A model generated the notes under the pieces. It saw nothing but the letters and a program-made list of their open reading frames with translations, had not been told where the DNA came from and ran no database searches. Below are positions 60,558 to 60,832 of a stretch of DNA of 60,832 nucleotides, in pieces (the first letter of the stretch is position 1; the number at the start of each line of letters is the position of its first letter). Both the position numbers and the translations under genes were made by a program. This DNA comes from an uncultured bacterium (lineage in GTDB: Bacteria; Bacteroidota; Bacteroidia; Flavobacteriales; Flavobacteriaceae), in NCBI GenBank assembly GCA_965366055.1, contig CBDUDY010000001.1:1-60832 (forward strand), written 5' to 3'.

Positions 60558-60573
60558 TATGATTGATGTCATA
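60558..60573 (-). promoter_or_regulatory. Putative Crp/Fnr-type box
   Basis: TATGAT-TGAT-GTCATA, 21 bp upstream of minus-strand TATCTTTG (60536-60529). Confidence 0.7.
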
Positions 60574-60661
60574 CTTTCTGCAAATATTGGACTAAAAACC
60601 TTTTGCAAAATACTGTGGCACTTATTTGGAATTCTGTGCTTGACAAGACGTTTCTTTATTT

Positions 60662-60832
60662 GGGCGCAACCTTTCGCCAGAATGTTTTTTGCTACCATTG
60701 AAATGACTTTTGGCTCAGGTCAGGCTGTCCATTATATCTTTGCTGCCAGAGGTTTTTTGTTTTCAATCTTAGAAATTTTTTCTGGGCAGCAAAGGATGCC
60801 ATTCCCATCCTTTGCGCGGGATGAGGTTTTCA
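60662..60832 (+). ncRNA. Structured repeat, Flavo-1-like RNA, copy 3 (3' hairpin cut by the window edge)
   Basis: Same conserved blocks as copies 1 and 2, then TGAGGTTTTCA. Confidence 0.65.

Noticed and set aside
33739..60821. CRISPR interpretation of the repeats
   Set aside because: Copies are long, dispersed and lack regular spacers; no cas genes are present
1..60832. tRNA, rRNA, integrase or transposase genes
   Set aside because: None recognised in the window

Overview
AT-rich chromosomal window from a Bacteroidota bacterium, most likely Flavobacterium, judged by gene content and order, TAnnTTTG -7 promoters and T9SS-type C-terminal domains. Roughly 1-25 kb is housekeeping: aminotransferase, valS, sod, psd, cdsA, ftsH, rsfS, birA, pyrE, DEAD helicase, coaD, ddl, rluD, yaaA, pepC, yceI/marR. 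Two structured, largely non-coding insertions interrupt it at about 7.1-8.1 kb and 20.6-21.3 kb. Roughly 25-60.8 kb is accessory: an orphan, divergent cyanophycin synthetase; a low-O2/NO-stress gene set (Crp/Fnr regulator, His-rich membrane protein, fasciclin, NMO-like protein, ric, cytochrome c, OprC-like copper TonB operon); a decayed cassette-like array headed by an attC-like hairpin; tandem T9SS S8 proteases; an XRE + secreted Cys-bracketed peptide + GLPGLI + outer-membrane barrel module; pseudogenes (nadA and an OM protein); and four copies of a structured Flavo-1-like repeat. The strongest new signals are (i) a TATGAY-N4-RTCATW palindrome exactly 21 bp upstream of the -7 element at three promoters, suggesting a Crp/Fnr regulon, (ii) the peptide/GLPGLI/barrel module and (iii) the cassette-like array. 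All calls come from reading the sequence; no database searches were run.
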